From Oscillospiraceae bacterium (GTDB taxonomy: Bacteria > Bacillota > Clostridia > Oscillospirales > CAG-272): a stretch of DNA of 64,000 nt. The stretch is from assembly GCA_015065455.1 (NCBI GenBank), contig SVQI01000008.1, positions 716-64,715 of the forward strand, read 5' to 3'. The notes beneath the pieces are model-generated. The model did not search any database, had not been told where the DNA came from, and was given only the letters and a program-made list of their open reading frames with translations. The position numbers and the translations under genes are program-made. Below, one piece after another: positions 55,671-64,000 of this stretch (position 1 is the first letter of the stretch; each line of letters begins with the position of its first letter).

Positions 55671-55733
55671 TAGAGAGCTTCAAAAAAATTATTACAAAAA
55701 ACTAATACAATATTTTATTGGAGGTAAAATAAA

Positions 55734-56102
55734 ATGGCAAACATTGAAAATATCATAGAAGAATTAAAATCTCTTACAATTCTTGAACTTGCAGACCTCG
55801 TAAAGAAGGTTGAAGAAGAATTCGGCGTATCTGCAGCACCCGTTGCAGTAGCAGGCGCAGCAGCTCCCGCAGCTGCAGCAGCAGAAGAAAAGACAGAATT
55901 CGACGTAGTACTTAAGGAAGCAGGCGCTAAGAAGCTTGACGTAATCAAGGCAGTTCGTGAAATCACAGGTCTTGGACTTAAGGATGCTAAGGATCTTGTT
56001 GAAGCAGCTCCCAAGGTAGTTAAGGAAGCAGCTCCCAAGGAAACAGCTGAAGGCATCAAGAAGCAGCTCGAAGAAGCAGGAGCAGTTGTTGAACTTAAGT
56101 AA
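55734..56102 (+). CDS. rplL: 50S ribosomal protein L7/L12
   Basis: 122 aa. Ala-rich hinge and [19 protein letters not shown]. Confidence 0.97.
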   Translation: MANIENIIEELKSLTILELADLVKKVEEEFGVSAAPVAVAGAAAPAAAAAEEKTEFDVVLKEAGAKKLDVIKAVREITGLGLKDAKDLVEAAPKVVKEAAPKETAEGIKKQLEEAGAVVELK

Positions 56103-56178
56103 GTTTAACTTTATGTATATTGACTTGGCGAGTTCCGTATAAAAACGGGACTTGCCGGGTATATATAAAAAATAATAT

Positions 56179-56270
56179 GGAGAGATGGCTGAGCTGGTCT
56201 AAGGCGCACGACTGGAAATCGTGTGAACGCTAATACCGTTCCGAGGGTTCGAATCCCTCTCTCTCCGCCA
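56179..56270 (+). tRNA. tRNA-Ser (anticodon GGA), with CCA encoded
   Basis: Manual cloverleaf. Acceptor GGAGAGA/TCTCTCC. Anticodon stem CACGA/TCGTG with loop CTGGAAA. Long variable arm GAACG...CGTTC. T arm GAGGG-TTCGAAT-CCCTC. Confidence 0.9.
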
Positions 56271-56493
56271 AACAAACAGAGACACCGAATGCTGACACCT
56301 GATAAGGAAGTAATTTAGAAACTACATCTAATGCATTGAATTATCCGGTATTAGCAAAGACAAGTCCCAAAAGATGAATACCGAGAAGAACTGTAAAAGG
56401 TTTTTCTCGGTATTTTTCTGTTTATAGCGGTACATTCGACTATTAAGCCGACTTTGAGTACAATTACGGTAGAAACTTAAAGGAGGTAACAAT

Positions 56494-56793
56494 ATGGGTA
56501 AATTTATAGAAGAATTTTACTACGGCAACATTGATCCGCAGGCACGAAGCACTAAGCAAAATAAAGCCGTGCAAAAGCAAATGGAAGTGCTGATGCTCAA
56601 TGAGGACTTTCTGACGGAGCATTTATCGGGAGAAAACAAGAAGAAATTTCTCGATTTTGTAAATGCGTGGAGCGTGGTAAACGGCGAATCCAATCTCGAC
56701 AGTTTTATGATGGGATTTCGCTTGGGAGCAAACTTTACATATGATACCTTTGTTGCAACCGATACCCCGTTTCAAGACTTGCTGAAGGAGTAA
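56494..56793 (+). CDS. small conserved hypothetical protein (mobile-element-associated type)
   Basis: 99 aa. EFYYGNIDPQ...NAWSVVNGESNLDSFMMGFRLGA. AAGGAGG RBS. I am not certain enough of the family name to give it. Confidence 0.6.
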   Translation: MGKFIEEFYYGNIDPQARSTKQNKAVQKQMEVLMLNEDFLTEHLSGENKKKFLDFVNAWSVVNGESNLDSFMMGFRLGANFTYDTFVATDTPFQDLLKE

Positions 56794-56798
56794 TAGAT

Positions 56799-56984
56799 AT
56801 GCGTGATAAGAAGTATTACATAGCGCTTGATGATTTTGAAAGACGGGTGGTTGTGAACTGCTTGAATGAAATGCGGAACAACCTTATTGCCAATGGCAAG
56901 TATACCGATGTGGTGGACGAGGTTTTGCTGAAAATCATTGATGCAAAGCAAAAGAAATTCAAGATAATATACAAGGAGGCGTGA
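56799..56984 (+). CDS. small hypothetical protein
   Basis: 61 aa. Tightly spaced between its neighbours and overlaps the next gene by 4 nt. Confidence 0.5.
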   Translation: MRDKKYYIALDDFERRVVVNCLNEMRNNLIANGKYTDVVDEVLLKIIDAKQKKFKIIYKEA

Positions 56985-56986
56985 TT

Positions 56987-57364
56987 ATGGAAAAGGTTAT
57001 TTATGATGAAAAGAACGGTCTTTGGTACGAACTGCAAGGCGACTATTACATTCCTTGCTTAAAGATGCCGGAAGAGGAAAAAGAACCTATCGGTGTGTGG
57101 GGACAGCGGCATTTACGATATATTAAGCAAAATCGCAAGGTTTTATATCTTAATTTGCTGACAAGCGGCAAACTGAACGGATACCTTGCTGACCTCGACA
57201 AGCAGGCAGAAGAACTGTTTTCTCGGCTTGTAAAGCAGATGGCAGAACGTGAGGGTGTGACGGAAAAGCTCAAAGCGGACAATCAAATGGAGTGGATAGG
57301 TCGTATAAATAATATTCGAGAAAATGTGATCAATATTATAAATCAAGTTATTATCTTAACATAG
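56987..57364 (+). CDS. tnpV: TnpV-family protein (transposon-associated)
   Basis: WGQRHLRYIKQNR...MAEREGVTEKLKADNQMEWIGRINNI matches the conserved TnpV core (MAxxEGVTExLKAxDQMxW) of Tn4451-type elements. Confidence 0.7.
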   Translation: MEKVIYDEKNGLWYELQGDYYIPCLKMPEEEKEPIGVWGQRHLRYIKQNRKVLYLNLLTSGKLNGYLADLDKQAEELFSRLVKQMAEREGVTEKLKADNQMEWIGRINNIRENVINIINQVIILT

Positions 57365-57400
57365 AGAAAAGGACCGTTTTCAAACGGTCCTTTTCTCTAT
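57361..57400. terminator. bidirectional terminator between tnpV and the XRE gene
   Basis: Perfect 19-bp stem: ATAGAGAAAAGGACCGTTT-TC-AAACGGTCCTTTTCTCTAT. Confidence 0.75.
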
Positions 57401-57433
57401 GTTGGTGCAGTGAGCGTATTGATAATAAACTTA

Positions 57434-57754
57434 CTATCTAGAAATAAGATTATTCTGCTTTATATCTATTTCTGAATCTGGAGTACAGTTTAGTATGTTT
57501 TTCACTTCATATATTAGCTCTTTTCTTAAGAGCATCACTTTTCGTGAAGCATCATTTGCATAAAACAAAATAAATAATGATAAAAATGTATTCCAAGATA
57601 AATCACGTTTCTTTTGCTCCAATGCACAGTAAGTTTGACGAGATATTCCTATTTTATCTGCTACTTCCGCTTGAGATATTCCAAGTGACGCGCGCAAAAT
57701 CGGTAACGCTGTTGTAAAATCGTTTAATATATTTTTCTTTTCTATTTCTTTCAT
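57434..57754 (-). CDS. XRE-family helix-turn-helix transcriptional regulator
   Basis: LRASLGISQAEVADKIGISRQTYCALEQKKR. Confidence 0.85.
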   Translation of the reverse strand: MKEIEKKNILNDFTTALPILRASLGISQAEVADKIGISRQTYCALEQKKRDLSWNTFLSLFILFYANDASRKVMLLRKELIYEVKNILNCTPDSEIDIKQNNLISR

Positions 57755-57873
57755 TTTTTCCTCCTGGTTAGACGATTTATATATAACTAAAATAATATTT
57801 TGGTTTGTACATTTAAAGGGCTCGCAATGTACAAGCAGAAGAACTTGTTAAGGAAACAATGGGGTTATTTATA

Positions 57874-58791
57874 TTAATTTTGATCGGTGAGAAATGCTTC
57901 TATGGTGTTCCAATACAATTCTGGATTGATATGAACAGCACCCGTATGGTCTGCATTTTCAATTATAAGTTTCTGTTTAGGCGCAACACATTTATCATAA
58001 AGTTTGTTTCCCATAGTTACTGGTACAAAGCCATCTGCTTGACCATGAATAAACAAAGTCGGTACCTCTATCTCAGATACAATACTTATGGGAGAAGCAT
58101 CTTTTAACCAATATCCAGCAAAAATACGGCAGTATAGTGAAATAATATCAATGACAAGGGGAGTTAAAAATCCAAGTTTTCCATACAAAATTCTAGTGAA
58201 CATAGACATAAAATCTGTTGGAACTGAGTCAGTAACAACGAAAGACACCTCTTCCGAGGCATAAGCTGAACTCATTAATGCTGTAGCACCGCCCATAGAT
58301 ATTCCAAAAAGAATAACCTGAGAGTGTGGAGACTTTTGTTTGGTATAATCAATCCATTGTGCAATGTCATACTGATCTAAATATCCTAAGCCATAGTATT
58401 TACCTTCACTACGACCGTGACCACGTAAATCTACGGATAGGACATTGTGTCCAAGTCGTATGAAGTGGTCCATATATATCGCCATGTTTGAAGCATTACC
58501 AGAGTAACCATGGATACAAATAATCCACTTTGCTGAAACATTGTTAATATATTCGTAGCCAGAAAGGATAAGTCCATCTTTGGATCTGACTGTGACATAT
58601 GTAACCTGCTCTAACCAAGGAAACTCCACATTATTTTTAGGTACTTCTTCCTTTGCATGTTCTTTACCAAAAACCGTTTCTTTAGCAGAGGCTGATTTTA
58701 TAGCAATACAAAAAATAACGTAGGATCCAACAATTATTAATAATGCTAAGAGGAGGAAAACTAATAATACAATGTAGAAAATCACATTCAT
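57874..58791 (-). CDS. alpha/beta hydrolase with an N-terminal membrane anchor
   Basis: 305 aa. N-terminal TM segment. Nucleophile elbow GISMGG and an HG oxyanion motif (CIHGYSG). Confidence 0.8.
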   Translation of the reverse strand: MNVIFYIVLLVFLLLALLIIVGSYVIFCIAIKSASAKETVFGKEHAKEEVPKNNVEFPWLEQVTYVTVRSKDGLILSGYEYINNVSAKWIICIHGYSGNASNMAIYMDHFIRLGHNVLSVDLRGHGRSEGKYYGLGYLDQYDIAQWIDYTKQKSPHSQVILFGISMGGATALMSSAYASEEVSFVVTDSVPTDFMSMFTRILYGKLGFLTPLVIDIISLYCRIFAGYWLKDASPISIVSEIEVPTLFIHGQADGFVPVTMGNKLYDKCVAPKQKLIIENADHTGAVHINPELYWNTIEAFLTDQN

Positions 58792-58805
58792 ACTGTCACC
58801 GTTGA

Positions 58806-60005
58806 TTAATCAATTCTTTTGAAAATGTGCTTTAAACAATACTGAGCAAGCATACAGAGCCGAGGAACACCATAGCACAAAGCATTTAGGGAGTCTACAA
58901 TATGTACTGCTACAGTGCGCTTATTTCGTATTGCTTCAATGATTTTTTCCTGCGAGTTGGTTTCAGCGAAAACCATTGTAAAATGTTTGCCACAAATCGG
59001 GTCAATGGAATATGTGTGTGAATCTGTAGATCCCAAATAAGCTGTGCATTCTGGGTTCGCGCCGAAACTGTTTGCCAGCATATACTGCATATGAGTGGTC
59101 ATAATATCCTCGTCAGGAGATCCGGAAACTACTTCGACAGCATCAAACACACGATCTTCCAGCAATTCCTTTATCAATGAAACGGGAACATCGATTCGAT
59201 GCCCATCTGCGTGGAATGGTTTCCACAGAGGGTGACACATAACACTGACGCCACCATTGCGATGGATTTCCTCACAGAAACGACGAGTGAGTTCAGCTGC
59301 AGACATCTTGCGTTCTTCATCCGTAGGAACTAGATTGTAAAAGGAGTCATCAAGAGGTTTTGATGCACCCAAAGAAATGATGTGCATATTGGTAAAGGTG
59401 CTGGAGTATTCCTCACCATTAATTACCGTTATCGGCAGCTGCCTTTCTGCAACAACATCTGCTGCTAAAGCGGAACCATTATAATTGTTGTGATCTGTTA
59501 CAGCGATAAAATCCAATTTGCATTTGATAGCAGATTCCACTACACTTTCGGGGGATTCAATTCCGTCCGAATGGATTGTGTGACAGTGGAGGTCACCAAT
59601 ATAAGGCGTTAAGCTGTACAAATCCTTGTCAACTGCATATACTGCCGTTTTCAGCAAGAGAGCAAGACCGTCCTCAACCTTTTCGGCCACAACAATGCGG
59701 TACATTTGCTCAGATTCGAATAGATAGTCAAATGCCAGGGCACCATCTTTAGCTTCAACCTCATGTATTTTATCGCGATACACCTCAAACGGAATGTACT
59801 CATATTCATAGTAAGGGACAACCATTACCAAATAAGTCCCTTGCAGCTCAATGTAGTCCTTCTTACTGTGAATGGTGACTGTGCTGTGCACACCTGCTGG
59901 ATGAATCTGGGGCGTAACATCAAAATAAGGTGCTTTATCTTGACGAAGAAAATGTCTGCGAACACGTTCCGCGTCATCTTCTGCAATTCCTTTGAAATTA
60001 AGCAT
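58806..60005 (-). CDS. PHP-domain metallohydrolase with an extra N-terminal domain of about 130 aa
   Basis: GDLHCHTIHSDG and FIAVTDHN PHP motifs. 399 aa. Confidence 0.75.
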   Translation of the reverse strand: MLNFKGIAEDDAERVRRHFLRQDKAPYFDVTPQIHPAGVHSTVTIHSKKDYIELQGTYLVMVVPYYEYEYIPFEVYRDKIHEVEAKDGALAFDYLFESEQMYRIVVAEKVEDGLALLLKTAVYAVDKDLYSLTPYIGDLHCHTIHSDGIESPESVVESAIKCKLDFIAVTDHNNYNGSALAADVVAERQLPITVINGEEYSSTFTNMHIISLGASKPLDDSFYNLVPTDEERKMSAAELTRRFCEEIHRNGGVSVMCHPLWKPFHADGHRIDVPVSLIKELLEDRVFDAVEVVSGSPDEDIMTTHMQYMLANSFGANPECTAYLGSTDSHTYSIDPICGKHFTMVFAETNSQEKIIEAIRNKRTVAVHIVDSLNALCYGVPRLCMLAQYCLKHIFKRID

Positions 60006-60016
60006 CTAATTACCTC

Positions 60017-60913
60017 CTAAATATTGCTGTTCCACCACAGTGGAATCAAACTTGCGAAATCATCATATTGGGCACGCAAATTATCTGCTTGCAGCTTAAC
60101 TTGTTTTCCCTTGGCCTGGTATTTCCATATCGCATATTCCACTACTTGAAGAGTACTGTATAACAAATTCTTTTTCCAAAAATCATCGGAATCCATCTCA
60201 CTCAAATATGTTTGAAGGACTTCCTTGGAAAATGGGAAGAACTGTTCTCCTCCCATAGTAGTCAAATAGGAAAAATCAGTAGCTCGCTCACCCAAGCTTC
60301 CGTTATCAAAGTCAATCAAATAAAGCTGTTCATCCTTGACGACAAAATTTTCCGGACGAATATCTTTATGCACGAAGCAAACATGATCTGCGCCATAATT
60401 ATTCACACTTTTGCGCAGAAAGTCGCAGCACTGTTCATGTTGAGGGAATGTTAGCTGTAATTCTTCTACTTGAGTACATGCCCGATATACCCGATCCTGA
60501 AGTTGCTTTGCATATCCGGGATATTCAAATGGGGTTTGATGTAACTTCAGCAGAATCTGGGCCGCCTGTTCGCCGAACCGTTGTAAATCTTTTTTGTTTC
60601 CGTTGAGCAGCCTCTCTTCCAAGGATTCGCCGTCAATCCATGGTGACATTAAGCACAATGTACCACCTTCGAAAAGATGGTGCATCTTAGGGCAGGCCAT
60701 CCGGTCATCTGACCGGATAGCCAACTCCTTATACCATAGATCTCTGACAGCATTTCCGGGAAGGATCTTAACCATCCAGTCCTGCTCAAATACCCTCGCT
60801 TTAAACTTGCCTGCATTGCTCAAGCCTCCGCTAACCGGTTGTAGCGAATCAGGTTGTTTGCCGGCAGTTAGTGCAATTAGTTCTTTTACGTGATTGTGAT
60901 CCATGTCTTTCAC
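60017..60913 (-). CDS. APH-fold (aminoglycoside phosphotransferase family) small-molecule kinase
   Basis: Catalytic loop HKDIRPENF and metal-binding IDFDNG. 298 aa. Confidence 0.8.
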   Translation of the reverse strand: MKDMDHNHVKELIALTAGKQPDSLQPVSGGLSNAGKFKARVFEQDWMVKILPGNAVRDLWYKELAIRSDDRMACPKMHHLFEGGTLCLMSPWIDGESLEERLLNGNKKDLQRFGEQAAQILLKLHQTPFEYPGYAKQLQDRVYRACTQVEELQLTFPQHEQCCDFLRKSVNNYGADHVCFVHKDIRPENFVVKDEQLYLIDFDNGSLGERATDFSYLTTMGGEQFFPFSKEVLQTYLSEMDSDDFWKKNLLYSTLQVVEYAIWKYQAKGKQVKLQADNLRAQYDDFASLIPLWWNSNI

Positions 60914-62580
60914 CCATTCTTAATACTCATTATGTTCCGATAGTACTGGTTTGTCTCCATTAATTGTTCGTGCGTACCAGAACCACAGATTTTGCCTTCA
61001 TCTAGCAAAATAATCTGATCGTACTGATCAATCAACTGACTAGAGAAATTATGAGAAACAAAGAGGACGGTTTGATCTTTTAGCGAAAGAAGGGTTTGCT
61101 CAATACTGTACGCTGTTTGGATATCTAGTGTAGAAATGGCTTCATCATAGATAATCACACTGGCCCTGTTGATCAGAGAGCGTGCGATTTCAATGCGTCG
61201 CGTTTCGCCACTAGACAAATTACGCTCTCCATCCCGGACAACTCTATCTAGGTTTACCTTCAGTCCAACTTGCTTAACAACTGCTTGTAGTTGTTCTTCA
61301 GGAATATCTCTATAGAGCGTGATGTTCTGTCTGACAGTATCGCAAATCAAGGACACCGATTCGTTTATATAGCTGACAATATTGGCTAAGGAACTGTAGG
61401 AGAAGCTATGAATATCTTTTCCATTAATCCGAATTGCACCCTCAAAATCTTCCTGGCTACGCTTCAGCAGACGTAACAGTGTGCTCTTACCAGCACCATT
61501 ACGTCCAATAATTAGATATTTTTTGCCGGGCTCAAAGGTGTAGGTTGTTCCATCTAAAACATGTTTGCCGTCGATATTTACTCCGACGTTATCGAGTTCA
61601 ATAGTTGCTGGTGCGTCCAGAACCACATCCTCTTGTTTTTGCTCATTACGGGAGGCATTAGAAATATGTTTGATGCGAGATACAATACTTTTTACGGACT
61701 CTATAGAATTAATCTTTGTAATCAAGGAATGCATAGGACCTACAACCTGATCCGTGAAGCGATAGGAAGAATATACGATACCTATGGTTATATTTCCTTT
61801 TATCATTAGAATAACGCCTATCGCACAAAGCATAAATTTGAGCATAGAGTTACAAACCATAGTCAAAGTATTAACGAAAGAAAGAGACATATCTGCCGCA
61901 TCTTTCGAGTCTTCTACATCCTGGTTCATTCTACTGAAACGCCGTTTAATCTGATTTTCCACGGAGTAATTCCGAATCATTTGAAACGAAGTGAAGTAGT
62001 CCTTTATGCGTTGCGTAAAATGAGCTAGCTTTTCGATATATACCTTATTCCGGAACATTGAGTAGCGACGGACTAAGAAACATAAAACCAGACTAAAAAC
62101 TTCTCCGACAACAATAATTACTGCCATTACTTTGTTTAACATCAGGAGTGCAGACAGCGCAGTAACCAGGGACAGAACTGCCTCAATTGCTTCCAGCCAT
62201 GCTTCAAAATACTTGCTCTCAAGGATAGTAATATCATTGGAAAAGGCAGCAATGTGGAAGCCGGAGTCAGGTTTTGAGAAGAACGCGTTGTCTGCAGACA
62301 TGATCTGACGGAACATATCTTGCTTTAAATCTCGACGACAGCAGCTGATAATCTTAATGCGTATGCTTTGAATTATAAATAGCAACCCACCGTGAACTAA
62401 GAAATAGATTGCAAATATTCCTAAAGAACGAAAGAAACCACTTACATCCCCAGCACCTGCAAGATCCATCATTTCCCCAGAGACTAACGCCGCATTTGCA
62501 TTAACTATAGGCGCTAAAACCGTAACAACTAAGTATACTGCCACTAGGGGCCATCTTTTGATAAGATACTTTACTAACAT
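60910..62580 (-). CDS. ABC exporter, fused permease/ATPase (heterodimer partner 2)
   Basis: Six-TM domain, Walker A GRNGAGKST, signature LSSGETRR and Walker B IIYDEA. AGGAGG RBS before the ATG at 62580. Confidence 0.85.
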   Translation of the reverse strand: MLVKYLIKRWPLVAVYLVVTVLAPIVNANAALVSGEMMDLAGAGDVSGFFRSLGIFAIYFLVHGGLLFIIQSIRIKIISCCRRDLKQDMFRQIMSADNAFFSKPDSGFHIAAFSNDITILESKYFEAWLEAIEAVLSLVTALSALLMLNKVMAVIIVVGEVFSLVLCFLVRRYSMFRNKVYIEKLAHFTQRIKDYFTSFQMIRNYSVENQIKRRFSRMNQDVEDSKDAADMSLSFVNTLTMVCNSMLKFMLCAIGVILMIKGNITIGIVYSSYRFTDQVVGPMHSLITKINSIESVKSIVSRIKHISNASRNEQKQEDVVLDAPATIELDNVGVNIDGKHVLDGTTYTFEPGKKYLIIGRNGAGKSTLLRLLKRSQEDFEGAIRINGKDIHSFSYSSLANIVSYINESVSLICDTVRQNITLYRDIPEEQLQAVVKQVGLKVNLDRVVRDGERNLSSGETRRIEIARSLINRASVIIYDEAISTLDIQTAYSIEQTLLSLKDQTVLFVSHNFSSQLIDQYDQIILLDEGKICGSGTHEQLMETNQYYRNIMSIKNG

Positions 62581-62593
62581 ATATGGCCTCCTA

Positions 62594-64000
62594 TCATATA
62601 CTACCGCAACGGAGTCTGTAAATTTCCCGATACTCATCAGATTTTTGCATCAGTTCGGAATGTGTGCCCTGAGCCAAAATACTTCCTTGGCTCATTAAGA
62701 CAATCTGATCATACCGATCCAAGAGCTGTCCGGAAAAGGCATTAGAAATCATTATAACCGTCCGTTCTTCTAGCGACAATACCAGCTTTTCAATTTCATA
62801 GGCCGTTTCTATATCCAAGGTGGATACTACTTCGTCTAGGATCATAACCTGAGGGTTGTCGATTAAGGCTCGGGCCAATTCAAGCTTCCGGCGTTCGCCA
62901 CTGGAAAGGAAACGTCCGCCATCACCTGCTTTGCGGTTCATTGGTACTCGCAGATCTGCTAAGCGGACTGCTGTTTCCAATCTATCATCTGATACATCTC
63001 TGTATAGCAGAATATTATTTCGAACCGTGTCGGAAAGGAGTGAAACCGTTTCGTTAGAATAAGATACTAGGCGACTAAGGGAAGCACCTTCAGGTGCCGC
63101 TAAGTTGTAAGTGTCTAGCAAAATGTTTCCCTCATAACCTGAGTATGTGTTTTTTAGCAATTTTGCCATAGTAGACTTTCCGGATCCATTACTGCCTAAA
63201 ACCAGATACTTCTTCCCGTGTTCAAAGGTTATGTTGATATTATTCAAGATGGGGTTGTCCTTGATAGACAAACTGACATGGTCTAGTGTGATATCCATTT
63301 TTATACCGTCTGTTGAAAAACCCTCAGCAGGACTGACAATCTCATCTAGCTCGCTCAATGCTTTGAATTTCTGTTCAATGGCACCGACTGATCTTATCAT
63401 ACTGATTCTATTGCCTAAGCTCTGGAGGGGCATACCTAGAGTTCCAGCTAACAGATAGGCGGAAAACACATTGCCAATTGTAAGAGATCCGTTAATTACA
63501 CCTATTAAACCAATTACAACAACCAGAATTTCAATAGCCCAGGCAAATCGACCAACTAGGTTGTTCATCACGACTAAAGAAAACTCTGCGCGATACTTAT
63601 CTTTTTCTACTTGAGTATTTTCTTCTGCGAAATTATTAACGATCTTACCTTCAACTGCATAATTCTTAAAAGTAAAAAAGGCACTAAAACTATCTTTTAA
63701 GAATTGCACAAAATGATCAAACCGATGAAGAAAGCGAGACATTCTTGATGTGGTGTATCGTGTCATTATCAGAGGAATACTCAGACAAATAACTACACCA
63801 ACTGCGAGAATCAATGTCATTCGCACATCTATCGTGAAGATGGCGGCGCAGGCCGTTACGATAGTAATCAGATAGGAGACCATTTCTTTGCAGGGAATCA
63901 AGAATTTATTCTCGATCACCGTGATGTCGTTAGTAAATTCCGCAATATATTCGCCGGTGTCGCGATCAGCAAAGGCTGGTAACTGCTTATTCACAACGGC
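62594..64000 (-). CDS. ABC exporter, fused permease/ATPase (heterodimer partner 1), 5'-truncated by the window edge
   Basis: Walker A GSNGSGKST, signature LSSGERRK and Walker B MILDEV. The frame stays open to the end of the window. Confidence 0.85.
   Translation of the reverse strand, partial: AVVNKQLPAFADRDTGEYIAEFTNDITVIENKFLIPCKEMVSYLITIVTACAAIFTIDVRMTLILAVGVVICLSIPLIMTRYTTSRMSRFLHRFDHFVQFLKDSFSAFFTFKNYAVEGKIVNNFAEENTQVEKDKYRAEFSLVVMNNLVGRFAWAIEILVVVIGLIGVINGSLTIGNVFSAYLLAGTLGMPLQSLGNRISMIRSVGAIEQKFKALSELDEIVSPAEGFSTDGIKMDITLDHVSLSIKDNPILNNINITFEHGKKYLVLGSNGSGKSTMAKLLKNTYSGYEGNILLDTYNLAAPEGASLSRLVSYSNETVSLLSDTVRNNILLYRDVSDDRLETAVRLADLRVPMNRKAGDGGRFLSSGERRKLELARALIDNPQVMILDEVVSTLDIETAYEIEKLVLSLEERTVIMISNAFSGQLLDRYDQIVLMSQGSILAQGTHSELMQKSDEYREIYRLRCGSI

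Larger units (their letters stand above)
56271..64000. mobile_element. probable accessory island or mobile-element remnant adjacent to tRNA-Ser; it extends beyond the window
   Basis: It starts directly 3' of a tRNA. It contains a TnpV-family gene and small ORFs of the kind I recall from Clostridial transposons, followed by a cargo-like operon. No integrase or att repeat was seen inside the window. Confidence 0.45.

Noticed and set aside
56271-56493. An attachment-site repeat of the tRNA-Ser 3' end, or an integrase, immediately downstream of the tRNA
   Set aside because: Reading the window by eye, I found no copy of the tRNA 3' segment (GGTTCGAATCCCTCTCTCTCC) and no recombinase ORF. The island call therefore stays at moderate confidence and is not annotated as an ICE or prophage.

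Overview
This 64-kb window is chromosomal DNA from a low-GC, spore-forming Clostridia-class Firmicute. The markers are SpoVG, SpmA/SpmB, an AbrB-like regulator, PFOR and anaerobic NrdDG. Genus cannot be assigned without a database search. Most of the window is core housekeeping: PFOR (5'-truncated), M3 oligoendopeptidase, split transketolase, thioredoxin, MurC, lipoate-protein ligase, PolA, NrdDG, HtpG, a phosphosugar mutase, U32 peptidase, MltG, FtsK, UppP, rplJ-rplL and tRNA-Ser(GGA). It also holds a complete, canonically ordered S10-spc-alpha ribosomal cluster (rpsJ to rplQ, 24.2-39.9 kb, including secY, adk, map, infA, rpmJ and rpoA).

Two things stand out.

1. The intergenic regions at convergent gene junctions hold three families of structured repeats, which I name R1, R2 and R3.
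- R1 is built around a terminator-like hairpin.
- R2 is about 190 nt and its stems show compensatory changes between copies.
- R3 is a modular hairpin unit. Two inverted R3 units bracket a DUF559 endonuclease gene (18.58-19.23 kb). Two more form an ORF-less 256-bp palindrome next to a second, apparently start-less DUF559 gene (4.85-5.10 kb).

2. Everything 3' of tRNA-Ser (56.3-64.0 kb) looks like an accessory island. It starts with a TnpV-type small-gene module. It then carries a tightly packed minus-strand operon: two ABC exporter half-transporters, an APH-fold kinase, a PHP-domain metallohydrolase and a membrane-anchored alpha/beta hydrolase, followed by an XRE regulator.

No CRISPR array, rRNA gene, integrase or transposase was seen. 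All calls come from reading the sequence and the ORF translations. No database search or folding program was run.
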